Shown: piece by piece, positions 15,001 to 29,281 of the stretch
How the letters are laid out: the number at the start of each line of letters is the position of its first letter
How positions within the stretch are numbered: position 1 is the stretch's first letter
Source of the DNA: Eledone cirrhosa
Lineage: Eukaryota
NCBI GenBank assembly: GCA_964016885.1
Contig: OZ024741.1
Span: 338,210,001-338,274,000 of the forward strand
Length of the DNA stretch: 64,000 nt
Direction of reading: 5' to 3'
Position numbers and translations under genes: made by a program
Notes under the pieces: generated by a model
What the model was told of the DNA's origin: nothing
Seen by the model: the letters and a program-made list of their open reading frames with translations, nothing else
Databases searched by the model: none

Positions 15001-18000
15001 GGTCACTCAATGATTTCTCCAGTTCTCATGTTTTTGTGACTATGGTCACTCAATGATGTCTCCAGTTCTCATGTTTTTATGGACTATGGTAACTCAATGA
15101 TGTCTCCAGTTCTCATGTTTTTATGGACTGTGGTCACTCAATGATGTCTCCAGTTCTCATGTCTTTGTGACTATGGTCACTCAATGATGTCTCCAGTTCT
15201 CATGTCTTTGTGACTATGGTCACTCAATGATGTCTCCAGTTCTCATGGTTTTATGGACTATGGTCACTCTATGATGTCTCCAGTTCTCATGTTTTTGTGA
15301 CTATGGTCACTCAATGATGTCTCCAGTTCTCATATCGTTGTGACTGTGGTCACTCAATGATGTCTCCAGTTCTCATGTCTTTGTGACTATGGTCACTCAA
15401 TGATATCTCCAGTTCTCATGTTTTTGTGACTATGGTCACTCAATGATGTCTCCAGTTCTCATGTCTTTGTGACTGTGGTCACTCAATGATGTCTCCAGTT
15501 CTCATATCTTTGTGACTATGGTCACTCAATGATGTCTCCAGTTCTCATGTCTTTGTGACTATGGTCACTCAATGATGTCTCCAGTTCTCATGTTTTTGTG
15601 ACTGCGGTCATTCAATGATGTCTCCAGTTCTCATGTTTTTGTTGACAATGGTCACTCAATGATGTCTCTAGTTCTCATGTCTTTGTGACTATGGTCACTC
15701 AATGATGTCTCCAGTTCTCATGTTTTTGTGACTATGGTCACTCAATGATGTCTCCAGTTCTCATGTTTTTGTGACTATGGTCACTCACTGATGTCTCCAG
15801 TTCTCATGGTTTTATGGACTATGGTCACTCAATGATGTCTCCAGTTCTCATGTCTTTGTGACTATGGTCACTCAATGATGTCTCCAGTTCTCATGTTTTT
15901 GTGACTATGGTGACTCAATGATGTCTCCAGTTCTCATGGTTTTATGGACTATGGTCACTCAATGATGTCTCCAGTTCTCATGTTTTTGTGACTAGGGTCA
16001 CTCAATGATGTCTCCAGTTCTCATGGTTTTATGGACTATGGTCACTCTATGATGTCTCCAGTTCTCATGTTTTTGTGACTATGGTCACTCAATGATGTCT
16101 CCAGTTCTCATATCGTTGTGACCGTGGTCACTCAATGATGTGTCCAGTTCTCATGTCTTTGTGACTATGGTCACTCAATGATATCTCCAGTTCTCATGTT
16201 TTTGTGACTATGGTCACTCAATGATGTCTCCAGTTCTCATGTCTATGTGACTGTGGTCACTCAATGATGTCTCCAGTTCTCATATCTTTGTGACTATGGT
16301 CACTCAATGATGTCTCCAGTTCTCATGTCTTTGTGACTGTGGTCACTCAATGATGTCTCCAGTTCTCATGTTTTTGTGACTGTGGTCATTCAATGATGTC
16401 TCCAGTTCTCATGTTTTTGTGACAATGGTCACTCAATGATGTCTCTAGTTCTCATGTCTTTGTGACTATGGTCACTCAATGATGTCTCCAGTTCTCATGT
16501 TTTTGTGACTATGGTCACTCAATGATATCTCCAGTTCTCATGTTTTTATGGACTATGGTAACTCAATGATGTCTCCAGTTCTCATGTTTTTATGGACTGT
16601 GGTCCCTCAATGATGTCTCCAGTTCTCATGTTTTTATGGACTATGGTAACTCAATGATGTCTCCAGTTCTCATGTTTTTATGGACTGTGGTCACTCAATG
16701 ATGTCTCCAGTTCTCATGTTTTTGTGACTATGGTCACTCACTGATGTCTCCAGTTCTCATGGTTTTATGGACTATGGTCACTCAATGATGTCTCCAGTTC
16801 TCATGTTTTTGTGACTAGGGTCACTCAATGATGTCTCCAGTTCTCATGGTTTTATGGACTATGGTCACTCTATGATGTCTCCAGTTCTCATGTTTTTGTG
16901 ACTATGGTCACTCAATGATGTCTCCAGTTCTCATATCGTTGTGACCGTGGTCACTCAATGATGTCTCCAGTTCTCATGTCTTTGTGACTATGGTCACTCA
17001 ATGATATCTCCAGTTCTCATGTTTTTGTGACTATGGTCACTCAATGATGTCTCCAGTTCTCATGTCTTTGTGACTGTGGTCACTCAATGATGTCTCCAGT
17101 TCTCATATCTTTGTGACTATGGTCACTCAATGATGTCTCCAGTTCTCATGTCTTTGTGACTGTGGTCACTCAATGATGTCTCCAGTTCTCATGTTTTTGT
17201 GACTGTGGTCATTCAATGATGTCTCCAGTTCTCATGTTTTTGTGACAATGGTCACTCAATGATGTCTCTAGTTCTCATGTCTTTGTGACTATGGTCACTC
17301 AATGATGTCTCCAGTTCTCATGTTTTTGTGACTATGGTCACTCAATGATGTCTCCAGTTCTCATGTTTTTATGGACTATGGTAACTCAATGATGTCTCCA
17401 GTTCTCATGTTTTTATGGACTGTGGTCACTCAATGATGTCTCCAGTTCTCATGTTTTTGTGACAATGGTCACTCAATGATGTCTCTAGTTCTCATGTCTT
17501 TGTGACTATGGTCACTCAATGATGTCTCCAGTTCTCATGTTTTTGTGACTATGGTCACTCAATGATGTCTCCAGTTCTCATGTTTTTATGGACTATGGTA
17601 ACTCAATGATGTCTCCAGTTCTCATGTTTTTATGGACTGTGGTCACTCAATGATGTCTCCAGTTCTCATGTTTTTGTGACTATGGTCACTCAATGATGTC
17701 TCCAGTTCTCATGTTTTTATGGACTATGGTAACTCAATGATGTCTCCAGTTCTCATGTTTTTATGGACTGTGGTCACTCAATGATGTCTCCAGTTCTCAT
17801 GTCTTTGTGACTATGGTCACTCAATGATGTCTCCAGTTCTCATGTCTTTGTGACTATGGTCACTCAATGATGTCTCCAGTTCTCATGTTTTTGTGACTAT
17901 GGTGACTCAATGATGTCTCCAGTTCTCATGGTTTTATGGACTATGGTCACTCAATGATGTCTCCAGTTCTCATGTTTTTGTGACTAGGGTCACTCAATGA

Positions 18001-21000
18001 TGTCTCCAGTTCTCATGGTTTTATGGACTATGGTCACTCTATGATGTCTCCAGTTCTCATGTTTTTGTGACTATGGTCACTCAATGATGTCTCCAGTTCT
18101 CATATCGTTGTGACTGTGGTCACTCAATGATGTCTCCAGTTCTCATGTCTTTGTGACTATGGTCACTCAATGATATCTCCAGTTCTCATGTTTTTGTGAC
18201 TATGGTCACTCAATGATGTCTCCAGTTCTCATGTCTTTGTGACTGTGGTCACTCAATGATGTCTCCAGTTCTCATATCTTTGTGACTGTGGTCACTCAAT
18301 GATGTCTCCAGTTCTCATATCTTTGTGACTATGGTCACTCAATGATGTCTCCAGTTCTCATGTCTTTGTGACTGTGGTCACTCAATGATGTCTCCAGTTC
18401 TCATATCTTTGTGACTATGGTCACTCAATGATGTCTCTAGTTCTCATGTCTTTGTGACTATGGCCACTCAATGATGTCTCCAGTTCTCATGTTTTTGTGA
18501 CTATGGTCACTCAATGATGTCTCCAGTTCTCATGTTTTTATGGACTATGGTAACTCAATGATGTCTCCAGTTCTCATGTTTTTATGGACTGTGGTCACTC
18601 AATGATGTCTCCAGTTCTCATGTCTTTGTGACTATGGTCACTCAATGATGTCTCCAGTTCTCATGTTTTTGTGACTATGGTCACTCAATGATGTCTCCAG
18701 TTCTCATGTTTTTATGGACTGTGGTCACTCAATGATGTCTCCAGTTCTCATGTCTTTGTGACTATGGTCACTCAATGATGTCTCCAGTTCTCATGTTTTT
18801 GTGACTATGGTCACTCAATGATGTCTCCAGTTCTCATGGTTTTGTGGCTATGGTCTCTCAATGATGTCTCCAGTTCTCATGTCGTTGTGACTATGGTCAC
18901 TAAATGATGTCTCCAGTTCTCATGTTTTTGTGACTATGGTCACTCAATGATATCTCCAGTTCTCATGTTTTTGTGACTATGGTCACTCAATGATGTCTCC
19001 AGTTCTCATGTCTTTGTGACTATGGTCACTAAATGATGTCTCCAGTTCTCATGTTTTTGTGACTATGGTCACTCAATGATGTCTCCAGTTCTCATGTCTT
19101 TGTGACTGTGGTCACTCAATGATGTCTCCAGTTCTCATGTTTTTGTGACTGTGGTCATTCAATGATGTCTCCAGTTCTCATGTTTTTGTGACAATGGTCA
19201 CTCAATGATGTCTCTAGTTCTCATGTCTTTGTGACTATGGTCACTCAATGATGTCTCCAGTTCTCATGTTTTTGTGACTATGGTCACTCAATGATGTCTC
19301 CAGTTCTCATGTTTTTATGGACTATGGTCACTCAATGATGTCTCCAGTTCTCATGTTTTTATGGACTGTGGTCACTCAATGATGTCTCCAGTTCTCATGT
19401 CTTTGTGACTATGGTCACTCAATGATGCCTCCAGTTCTCATGTTTTTGTGACTATGGTCACTCAATGATGTCTCCATTTCTCATGTCTTTGTGACTATGG
19501 TCACTCTATGATGTCTCCAGTTCTCATGTTTTGTGACTATGGTCACTCAATGATGTCTCCAGTTCTCATGTCTTTGTGACTATGGTCACTCAATGATGTC
19601 TCCAGTTCTCATGTCTTTGTGACTATGGTCACTCAATGATGTCTCCAGTTCTCATGTCTTTGTGACTATGGTCACTCAATGATGTCTCTAGTTCTCATGT
19701 TTTTGTGACTATGGTCACTCAATGATGTCTCCAGTTCTCATGTTTTTGTGACTATGGTCACTCAATGATGTCTCCAGTTCTCATGTCTTTGTGACTATGG
19801 TCACTCAATGATGTCTCCAGTTCTCATGTTTTTGTGACTATGGTCACTCACTGATGTCTCCAGTTCTCATGGTTTTATGGACTATGGTCACTCAATGATG
19901 TCTCCAGTTCTCATGTCTTTGTGACTATGGTCACTCAATGATGTCTCCAGTTCTCATGTTTTTGTGACTATGGTGACTCAATGATGTCTCCAGTTCTCAT
20001 GGTTTTATGGACTATGGTCACTCAATGATGTCTCCAGTTCTCATGTTTTTATGGACTATGGTCACTCTATGATGTCTCCAGTTCTCATGTTTTTGTGACT
20101 ATGGTCACTCAATGATGTCTCCAGTTCTCATATCGTTGTGACTGTCGTCACTCAATGATGTCTCCAGTTCTCATGTCTTTGTGACTATGGTCACTCAATG
20201 ATATCTCCAGTTCTCATGTTTTTGTGACTAGGGTCACTCAATGATGTCTCCAGTTCTCATGTCTTTGTGACTGTGGTCACTCAATGATGTCTCCAGTTCT
20301 CATATCTTTGTGACTATGGTCACTCAATGATGTCTCCAGTTCTCATGTCTTTGTGACTGTGGTCACTCAATGATGTCTCCAGTTCTCATGTTTTTGTGAC
20401 TGTGGTCATTCAATGATGTCTCCAGTTCTCATGTTTTTGTGACAATGGTCACTCAATGATGTCTCTAGTTCTCATGTCTTTGTGACTATGGTCACTCAAT
20501 GATGTCTCCAGTTCTCATGTTTTTGTGACTATGGTCACTCAATGATGTCTCCAGTTCTCATGTTTTTATGGACTATGGTAACTCAATGATGTCTCCAGTT
20601 CTCATGTTTTTATGGACTGTGGTCACTCAATGATGTCTCCAGTTCTCATGTTTTTGTGACTATGGTCACTCAATGATGTCTCCAGTTCTCATGTTTTTAT
20701 GGACTATGGTAACTCAATGATGTCTCCAGTTCTCATGTTTTTATGGACTGTGGTCACTCAATGATGTCTCCAGTTCTCATGTTTTTGTGACTATGGTCAC
20801 TCAATGATGTCTCCAGTTCTCATGTTTTTGTGACTATGGTCACTCAATGATGTCTCCAGTTCTCATGTTTTTGTGACAATGGTCACTCAATGATGTCTCT
20901 AGTTCTCATGTCTTTGTGACTATGGTCACTCAATGATATCTCCAGTTCTCATGTTTTTGTGACTATGGTCACTCAATGATGTCTCCAGTTCTCATGTTTT

Positions 21001-24000
21001 TATGGACTATGGTAACTCAATGATGTCTCCAGTTCTCATGTTTTTATGGACTGTGGTCACTCAATGATGTCTCCAGTTCTCATGTTTTTGTGACTATGGT
21101 CACTCAATGATGTCTCCAGTTCTCATGTTTTTATGGACTACGGTAACTCAATGATGTCTCCAGTTCTCATGTTTTTATGGACTGTGGTCACTCAATGATG
21201 TCTCCAGTTCTCATGTCTTTGTGACTATGGTCACTCAATGATGTCTCCAGTTCTCATGTCTTTGTGACTATGGTCACTCAATGATGTCTCCAGTTCTCAT
21301 GTTTTTGTGACTATGGTGACTCAATGATGTCTCCAGTTCTCATGGTTTTATGGACTATGGTCACTCAATGATGTCTCCAGTTCTCATGTTTTTGTGACTA
21401 GGGTCACTCAATGATGTCTCCAGTTCTCATGGTTTTATGGACTATGGTCACTCTATGATGTCTCCAGTTCTCATGTTTTTGTGACTATGGTCACTCAATG
21501 ATGTCTCCAGTTCTCATATCGTTGTGACTGTGGTCACTCAATGATGTCTCCAGTTCTCATGTCTTTGTGACTATGGTCACTCAATGATATCTCCAGTTCT
21601 CATGTTTTTGTGACTATGGTCACTCAATGATGTCTCCAGTTCTCATGTCTTTGTGACTGTGGTCACTCAATGATGTCTCCAGTTCTCATATCTTTGTGAC
21701 TGTGGTCACTCAATGATGTCTCCAGTTCTCATATCTTTGTGACTATGGTCACTCAATGATGTCTCCAGTTCTCATGTCTTTGTGACTGTGGTCACTCAAT
21801 GATGTCTCCAGTTCTCATATCTTTGTGACTATGGTCACTCAATGATGTCTCTAGTTCTCATGTCTTTGTGACTATGGCCACTCAATGATGTCTCCAGTTC
21901 TCATGTTTTTGTGACTATGGTCACTCAATGATGTCTCCAGTTCTCATGTTTTTATGGACTATGGTAACTCAATGATGTCTCCAGTTCTCATGTTTTTATG
22001 GACTGTGGTCACTCAATGATGTCTCCAGTTCTCATGTCTTTGTGACTATGGTCACTCAATGATGTCTCCAGTTCTCATGTTTTTGTGACTATGGTCACTC
22101 AATGATGTCTCCAGTTCTCATGGTTTTGTGGCTATGGTCTCTCAATGATGTCTCCAGTTCTCATGTCGTTGTGACTGTGGTCAGTCAATGATGTCTCCAG
22201 TTCTCATGTCTTTGTGACTATGGTCACTCAATGATGTCTCCAGTTCTCATGTCTTTGTGACTATGGTCACTCAATGATATCTCCAGTTCTCATGGTTTTA
22301 TGGACTACGGTCACTCAATGATGTCTCCAGTTCTCATGTCTTTGTGACTATGGTCACTCAATGATGTCTCCAGTTCTCATGTTTTTGTGACTATGGTCAC
22401 TCAATGATGTCTCCAGTTCTCATGGTTTTGTGACTATGGTCACTCAATGATGTCTCCAGTTCTCATGTTTTTGTGACTATGGTCACTCAATGATGTCTCC
22501 AGTTCTCATGTCTTTGTGACTATGGTCACTCAATGATATCTCCAGTTCTCATGTTTTTGTGACTATGGTCACTCAATGATGTCTCCAGTTCTCATGTCTT
22601 TGTGACTATGGTCACTAAATGATGTCTCCAGTTCTCATGTTTTTGTGACTATGGTCACTCAATGATGTCTCCAGTTCTCATGTCTTTGTGACTGTGGTCA
22701 CTCAATGATGTCTCCAGTTCTCATGTTTTTGTGACTGTGGTCATTCAATGATGTCTCCAGTTCTCATGTTTTTGTGACAATGGTCACTCAATGATGTCTC
22801 TAGTTCTCATGTCTTTGTGACTATGGTCACTCAATGATGTCTCCAGTTCTCATGTTTTTGTGACTATGGTCACTCAATGATGTCTCCAGTTCTCATGTTT
22901 TTATGGACTATGGTCACTCAATGATGTCTCCAGTTCTCATGTTTTTATGGACTGTGGTCACTCAATGATGTCTCCAGTTCTCATGTCTTTGTGACTATGG
23001 TCACTCAATGATGCCTCCAGTTCTCATGTTTTTGTGACTATGGTCACTCAATGATGTCTCCATTTCTCATGTCTTTGTGACTATGGTCACTCTATGATGT
23101 CTCCAGTTCTCATGTTTTTGTGACTATGGTCACTCAATGATGTCTCCAGTTCTCATGTCTTTGTGACTATGGTCACTCAATGATGTCTCCAGTTCTCATG
23201 TCTTTGTGACTATGGTCACTCAATGATGTCTCCAGTTCTCATGTCTTTGTGACTATGGTCACTCAATGATGTCTCCAGTTCTCATGTTTTTGTGACTATG
23301 GTCACTCAATGATGTCTCCAGTTCTCATGTCTTTGTGACTATGGTCACTCAATGATGTCTCCAGTTCTCATGTTTTTGTGACTATGGTCACTCACTGATG
23401 TCTCCAGTTCTCATGGTTTTATGGACTATGGTCACTCAATGATGTCTCCAGTTCTCATGTCTTTGTGACTATGGTCACTCAATGATGTCTCCAGTTCTCA
23501 TGTTTTTGTGACTATGGTGACTCAATGATGTCTCCAGTTCTCATGGTTTTATGGACTATGGTCACTCAATGATGTCTCCAGTTCTCATGTTTTTGTGACT
23601 AGGGTCACTCAATGATGTCTCCAGTTCTCATGTTTTTATGGACTATGGTCACTCTATGATGTCTCCAGTTCTCATGTTTTTGTGACTATGGTCACTCAAT
23701 GATGTCTCCAGTTCTCATATCGTTGTGACTGTCGTCACTCAATGATGTCTCCAGTTCTCATGTCTTTGTGACTATGGTCACTCAATGATATCTCCAGTTC
23801 TCATGTTTTTGTGACTATGGTCACTCAATGATGTCTCCAGTTCTCATGTCTTTGTGACTGTGGTCACTCAATGATGTCTCCAGTTCTCATATCTTTGTGA
23901 CTATGGTCACTCAATGATGTCTCCAGTTCTCATGTCTTTGTGACTGTGGTCACTCAATGATGTCTCCAGTTCTCATGTTTTTGTGACTGTGGTCATTCAA

Positions 24001-25660
24001 TGATGTCTCCAGTTCTCATGTTTTTGTGACAATGGTCACTCAATGATGTCTCTAGTTCTCATGTCTTTGTGACTATGGTCACTCAATGATGTCTCCAGTT
24101 CTCATGTTTTTGTGACTATGGTCACTCAATGATGTCTCCAGTTCTCATGTTTTTATGGACTATGGTAACTCAATGATGTCTCCAGTTCTCATGTTTTTAT
24201 GGACTGTGGTCACTCAATGATGTCTCCAGTTCTCATGTTTTTGTGACTATGGTCACTCAATGATGTCTCCAGTTCTCATGTTTTTATGGACTATGGTAAC
24301 TCAATGATGTCTCCAGTTCTCATGTTTTTATGGACTGTGGTCACTCAATGATGTCTCCAGTTCTCATGTCTTTGTGACTATGGTCACTCAATGATGTCTC
24401 CAGTTCTCATGTTTTTGTGACTATGGTCACTCAATGATGTCTCCAGTTCTCATGGTTTTGTGGCTATGGTCACTCAATGATGTCTCCAGTTCTCATGTCG
24501 TTGTGACTGTGGTCAGTCAATGATGTCTCCAGTTCTCATGTTTTTGTGACTATGGTCACTCAATGATGTCTCCAGTTCTCATGTCTTTGTGACTATGGTC
24601 ACTCAATGATATCTCCAGTTCTCATGTTTTTGTGACTATGGTCACTCAATGATGTCTCCAGTTCTCATGTCTTTGTGACTATGGTCACTCAATTACGTCT
24701 CCAGGTCTCATGGTTTTATGGACTACGGTCACTCAATGATGTCTCCAGTTCTCATGTCTTTGTGACTATGGTCACTCAATGATGTCTCCAGTTCTCATGT
24801 TTTTGTGACTATGGTCACTCAATGATGTCTCCAGTTCTCATGTCTTTGTGACTATGGTCACTCAATTACGTCTCCAGGTCTCATGGTTTTATGGACTGTG
24901 GTCACTCAATGATGTCTCCAGTTCTCATGTCTTTGTGACTATGGTCACTCAATTACGTCTCCAGGTCTCATGGTTTTATGGACTGTGGTCACTCGATGAT
25001 GTCTCCAGTTCTGATGTTTTTGTGACTAAGGTCACTCAATGATGTCTCCAGTTCTCATGTTTTTGTGACCATGGTCACTCAATGATGTCTCCAGTTCTCA
25101 TGTCTTTGTGACTATGGTCACTCTATGATGTCTCCAGTTCTCATGTCTTTGTGACTATGGTCACTCAATTATGTCTCCAGTTCTCATGTATTGTGACTGT
25201 GGTCACTCAATTATGTCTCCAGTTCTCATGGTTTTACGGACTGTGGTCACTCAATGATGTCTCCAGTTCTCATGGTTTTGTGACTATGGTCACTCAATGA
25301 TGTCTCCAGTTCTCATGGTTTTGTGACTATGGTCACTCAATGATGTCTCCAGTTCTCATGGTTTTATGGACTATGGTCACTCAATGATGTCTCCAGTTCT
25401 CATGTCTTTGTGACTATGGTCACTCAATGATGTCTCCAGTTCTCATGTTTTTGTGACTATGGTCACTCAATGATGTCTCCAGTTCTCATGTTTTTGTGAC
25501 TATGGTCACTCAATGATGTCTCCAGTTCTCATCTTTTTGTGACTATGGTCACTCAATGATGTCTCCAGTTCTCATGTTTTTGTGACTGTGGTCACTCAAT
25601 GATGTCTCCAGTTCTCATGTTTTTGTGACAATGATCACTCATTATGTCTCCTGTTCTTAA
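1..25660. repeat. Tandem satellite array, 43-bp monomer (44-bp variants), roughly 590 copies, open at window start
   Basis: Consensus TCTCATGTYTTTGTGACTATGGTCACTCAATGATGTCTCCAGT recurs at 1, 44, 87, 130, 173. Variants with TTTTATGGAC are 44 bp. Each monomer has a GTGAC-TATG-GTCAC dyad. Decays at ~25620-25660. Confidence 0.99.
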
Positions 25661-26920
25661 ATGTGAAACTTCATGGGAAATCTTATGAACATACTGGTAC
25701 CCTTGTACAGACAGTTCATACGGACATGTTGATGGAATTTCGCTTTAAAAATATGTGAGGTGCAACTACTAAAACGAGGTAAAAAATTTTAAGATGGAAG
25801 GAATTGAAAAGCCAGATGGAAAAGTTATGAAGGAAATTGATGACAATGGGTATAATTACTTACTTAGGCAACCTGGAAACAAATCAAATGAAAGATAAGG
25901 AAATGAAAGAATTATTATGAAATGAATATAAACGGAGACTGAAATAGGTGTTAAAGACGAAGTTAATTGGTAGGAATAAGATACTGGCTACCAACACATT
26001 GGCTGTTGCAGTGCTAAATTATAACGCTGGTGTGATAGAGTGGAGATGTGATGAACTTAAGAAGCTTGAAAGAAAAACCAGGAAAATGATGGCACTACAA
26101 GGGGCTCTACATCCCAAAGAGACATGGACAAGTAGTATCTATCACGACAGAGAGGAGGAAGGTGTGAAATGTATGTGAAGTAGGAGGAAAATAATCTGGC
26201 ATGGTATGTAAAGAATTCAAAGGAGAGATTGATGACAGGAGTAAGAAATATAAAAATCCTAAACAATGATGTAGGAAAGGAAAAGGCAGAATTTAAACAA
26301 GACAGACAGATACATTGATTAGATGGAAGGAAAAAATATATGGTCAATTCTTACGTGAAATGCCTGACACAGTTGACAAAGATAGAAACTGGAAATAGAC
26401 TAGGAAAAGTGACTTAAACTGAGGCCCTTATTTTTGCAACACTGGGAACGAACTATATCAGGTTCAATATTGACAAGTAAGTAAATTCCCTACACTGTAG
26501 GCTGTGTGGTGAGAAAGGGGAGACACCACATTATTAGTGAATGTAAGATGCTTGTTCAGAAAGAGTAGAAGAGAAGGCACGACAACATTGCCAGATTGGT
26601 TCATTGGAAGCTCTGTCATAAGTATGACATGAGCAGATGTGGGAAATGGTATGTGCACCAACTGGAAAGGGTGACTGAAAATGAACAGTATAAGATCTCG
26701 TGAGAAATGACCATGCAGTGCGACCATTTTATCGTGACTAGAAAGACTGACATTGTTGTTGTAGAAAAGAAGATTAACAAGACATATATTGTGGAGGGAC
26801 CACAGGGAGAAAGTGAGAAAGTCGAGAAATACCAGGAGCTGAAGAGAGAAACCAGGACATAGAAGTAGTACTGATTGTGGTTGGTGCCCTGGGAGCAGTT
26901 AGTAGACGTTTGGATGCATG
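25633..26920 (+). mobile_element. Degenerate R4/Dong-like non-LTR retrotransposon (RT 3' part, CCHC knuckle, restriction-like endonuclease)
   Basis: Translates piecewise to LLFLNVKLHGK (cf. LLFMDDLKLY), LIGRNKILATNTLAVAVLNYNAGVIEW..KLERKTRKMM..GALHPK, CRLCGEKG..HIISECK..RRHDNIARLVHWKLC, RKTDIVVV, EKVEKYQEL. Many stops and frameshifts. Confidence 0.85.
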
Positions 26921-26924
26921 ACTT

Positions 26925-27470
26925 TCTGACAATGATATCGATCAGCATGGCTCACTATCCTGGCTCAGAAGTGTTGATTTAAAATCAGAGACTGGGGGGC
27001 TCTTAGTTGCTGTACAAGACCAATCTCTAAACACCCTGACCTATAAACACAGAATAGGGAAAGATGGGAATAGCCCTCTATGCAGAGTATACTACAAACA
27101 TGAAGAAACGGTAGATCATGTTATCTCCGGGTGTCCAGAGCTGGCAAAACTGACTATATAGAGAGACACAGCCGCATTGCCAAATAGGTGCACTGGATGC
27201 TCAGTCGCTCTCATGACATCCAAACAGTCATGGAAAAGGGCAACATATCCATCTTGTGGGCTATGCCTGTGATAACCGACCGAGAAATCGCTGTCAACAG
27301 ACCAGATATCATCATAAAAAACAAAACAGATCGGACATGTAACCTTATAGATATTTCCGTACCAGCTGACAAGAACACATCTATAAAAACAATGGAAAAA
27401 CTGTCAAAATACAAAGACCTGGAAATAGAGATCAACCGCATGTAGAGGATGACCACAAATACTTTCCCTA
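26925..27470 (+). mobile_element. Second R4/Dong-like RLE retrotransposon 3' fragment
   Basis: SWLRSVDLKSETGGLLVAVQDQSLNT, CRV..HEETVDHVISGCPEL, ILWAMPVITDREIAVNRPDIIIKNK..LIDISVPAD..EKLSKYKDL (PD-(D/E)xK RLE motif; ORF 27188..27445). Confidence 0.85.
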
Positions 27471-28447
27471 TTTGTTGTTGTAGTTGGTGCTTGTGTTGCT
27501 GATTTTAATTACGTTGTTGCTCTTGAAGTTGATGTTGCCATTGTTTTCCTCACTTGTTTCGTTGTGGCTGTTGGTGTTGTCGTTGTACATGTTGTTGTTG
27601 GTGCTAATTTTGTTGTTCCATGTGTTTGCAATTGTTATTTTTTTTAGTCCACAATTGCGCTTGTTTTTGCGGTATCCCTCCTCTCAACCTTTAAGTCACC
27701 ATCACGAGACGGCAGCTCAATGTTGGGGGGGGGGGGGGGGGGGGCTCATCATGTTGTTTTTTTTAAAGAAAAAGAAAATATAAAGCAGTTCAAACGTCCA
27801 AATATTTGGGTCAAAAGACCCAAATATTATAAAGTCTCCCCTTTGTAGGGTAAAGATGGAAGTCTTAAGGTACTTTTAAAAAATATATCTAAACTATAAT
27901 AAAGTAAGGAGCGCAGGACTGCGTACGGTTTATAATTTGTTATCCCATTAGTAAAATAAGTTGGATTATTTTGAATAAATAATGAATGAATATTACATAA
28001 TTTATCTACTAAATTTCGTGGCTGTTGATTAAATATATTTTGTTTATTTAAAGATTCACTTCTTTAAAATTTCTCAAATGTCAACACTTTTGGTTGGCTA
28101 TCGCTTAAATAAACATACTAATTTTCTGTCACGAATTCTCTCCTAATGTAGTTTATATATAATATCGTCTTTTTTAATGTATCATGGATTACGATACTGA
28201 TTAAATAAGACAGTGTAACGCAGTCTTCGTTTAATTTCTATGTATATTGTCTATTACGATTTTATTTATGTATCATATCTACATGTATATATACCTGCGT
28301 ATAATATCAATATACACACTACACATGCTAGCAGAAAACCACGCGAAGAGTATATATAACAATTAATACAAATGAAAAGTCTTGAAAATGCACTACTTTG
28401 CAGAGTTAACAATAACACGTCTTCACTCTCTGATAGCTAATAATAAT

Positions 28448-28634
28448 TGTTTCTACTTTAAGCACAAGGCCAGCAATTATCCAGTGCATTACTGGTACTT
28501 TATTTTATCGACCCCGTAAGGATGAAAGGCAAAGTCAACCTCGGCGGGATTTGAACTCAGATCGTAAAGGGACGTAACTATGCTGGAAAGCATGGCGTCC
28601 GACCCTCTACCGATACTGCCAAACCACCGCCCTT
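28448..28634 (-). mobile_element. tRNA-derived SINE with target-site duplication
   Basis: Minus strand has a B-box-like GAGTTCAAATCCC. Near-identical to the + strand copy at 47513. Flanking direct repeat CTGATAGCTAATAATAAT at 28430-28447 and 28636-28653. Confidence 0.85.
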
Positions 28635-28643
28635 ACTGATAGC

Positions 28644-29281
<638 letters not shown>

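Noticed and set aside
24848-25042. 64-aa ORF in the satellite
   Set aside because: Chance loss of stops in variant monomers; a 43-bp period is not codon-compatible.
1-25660. CRISPR-like array
   Set aside because: Monomers are contiguous with no unique spacers, there are no cas genes, and the context is eukaryotic.
27484-27783. Hydrophobic 99-aa ORF resembling a membrane protein
   Set aside because: Arises from decayed (TTG)n low-complexity sequence and has a non-ATG start.
27801-27828. Perfect 12-bp hairpin AATATTTGGGTC-AAAA-GACCCAAATATT
   Set aside because: Real but isolated, with no context to assign function. Not a terminator in a eukaryotic setting.
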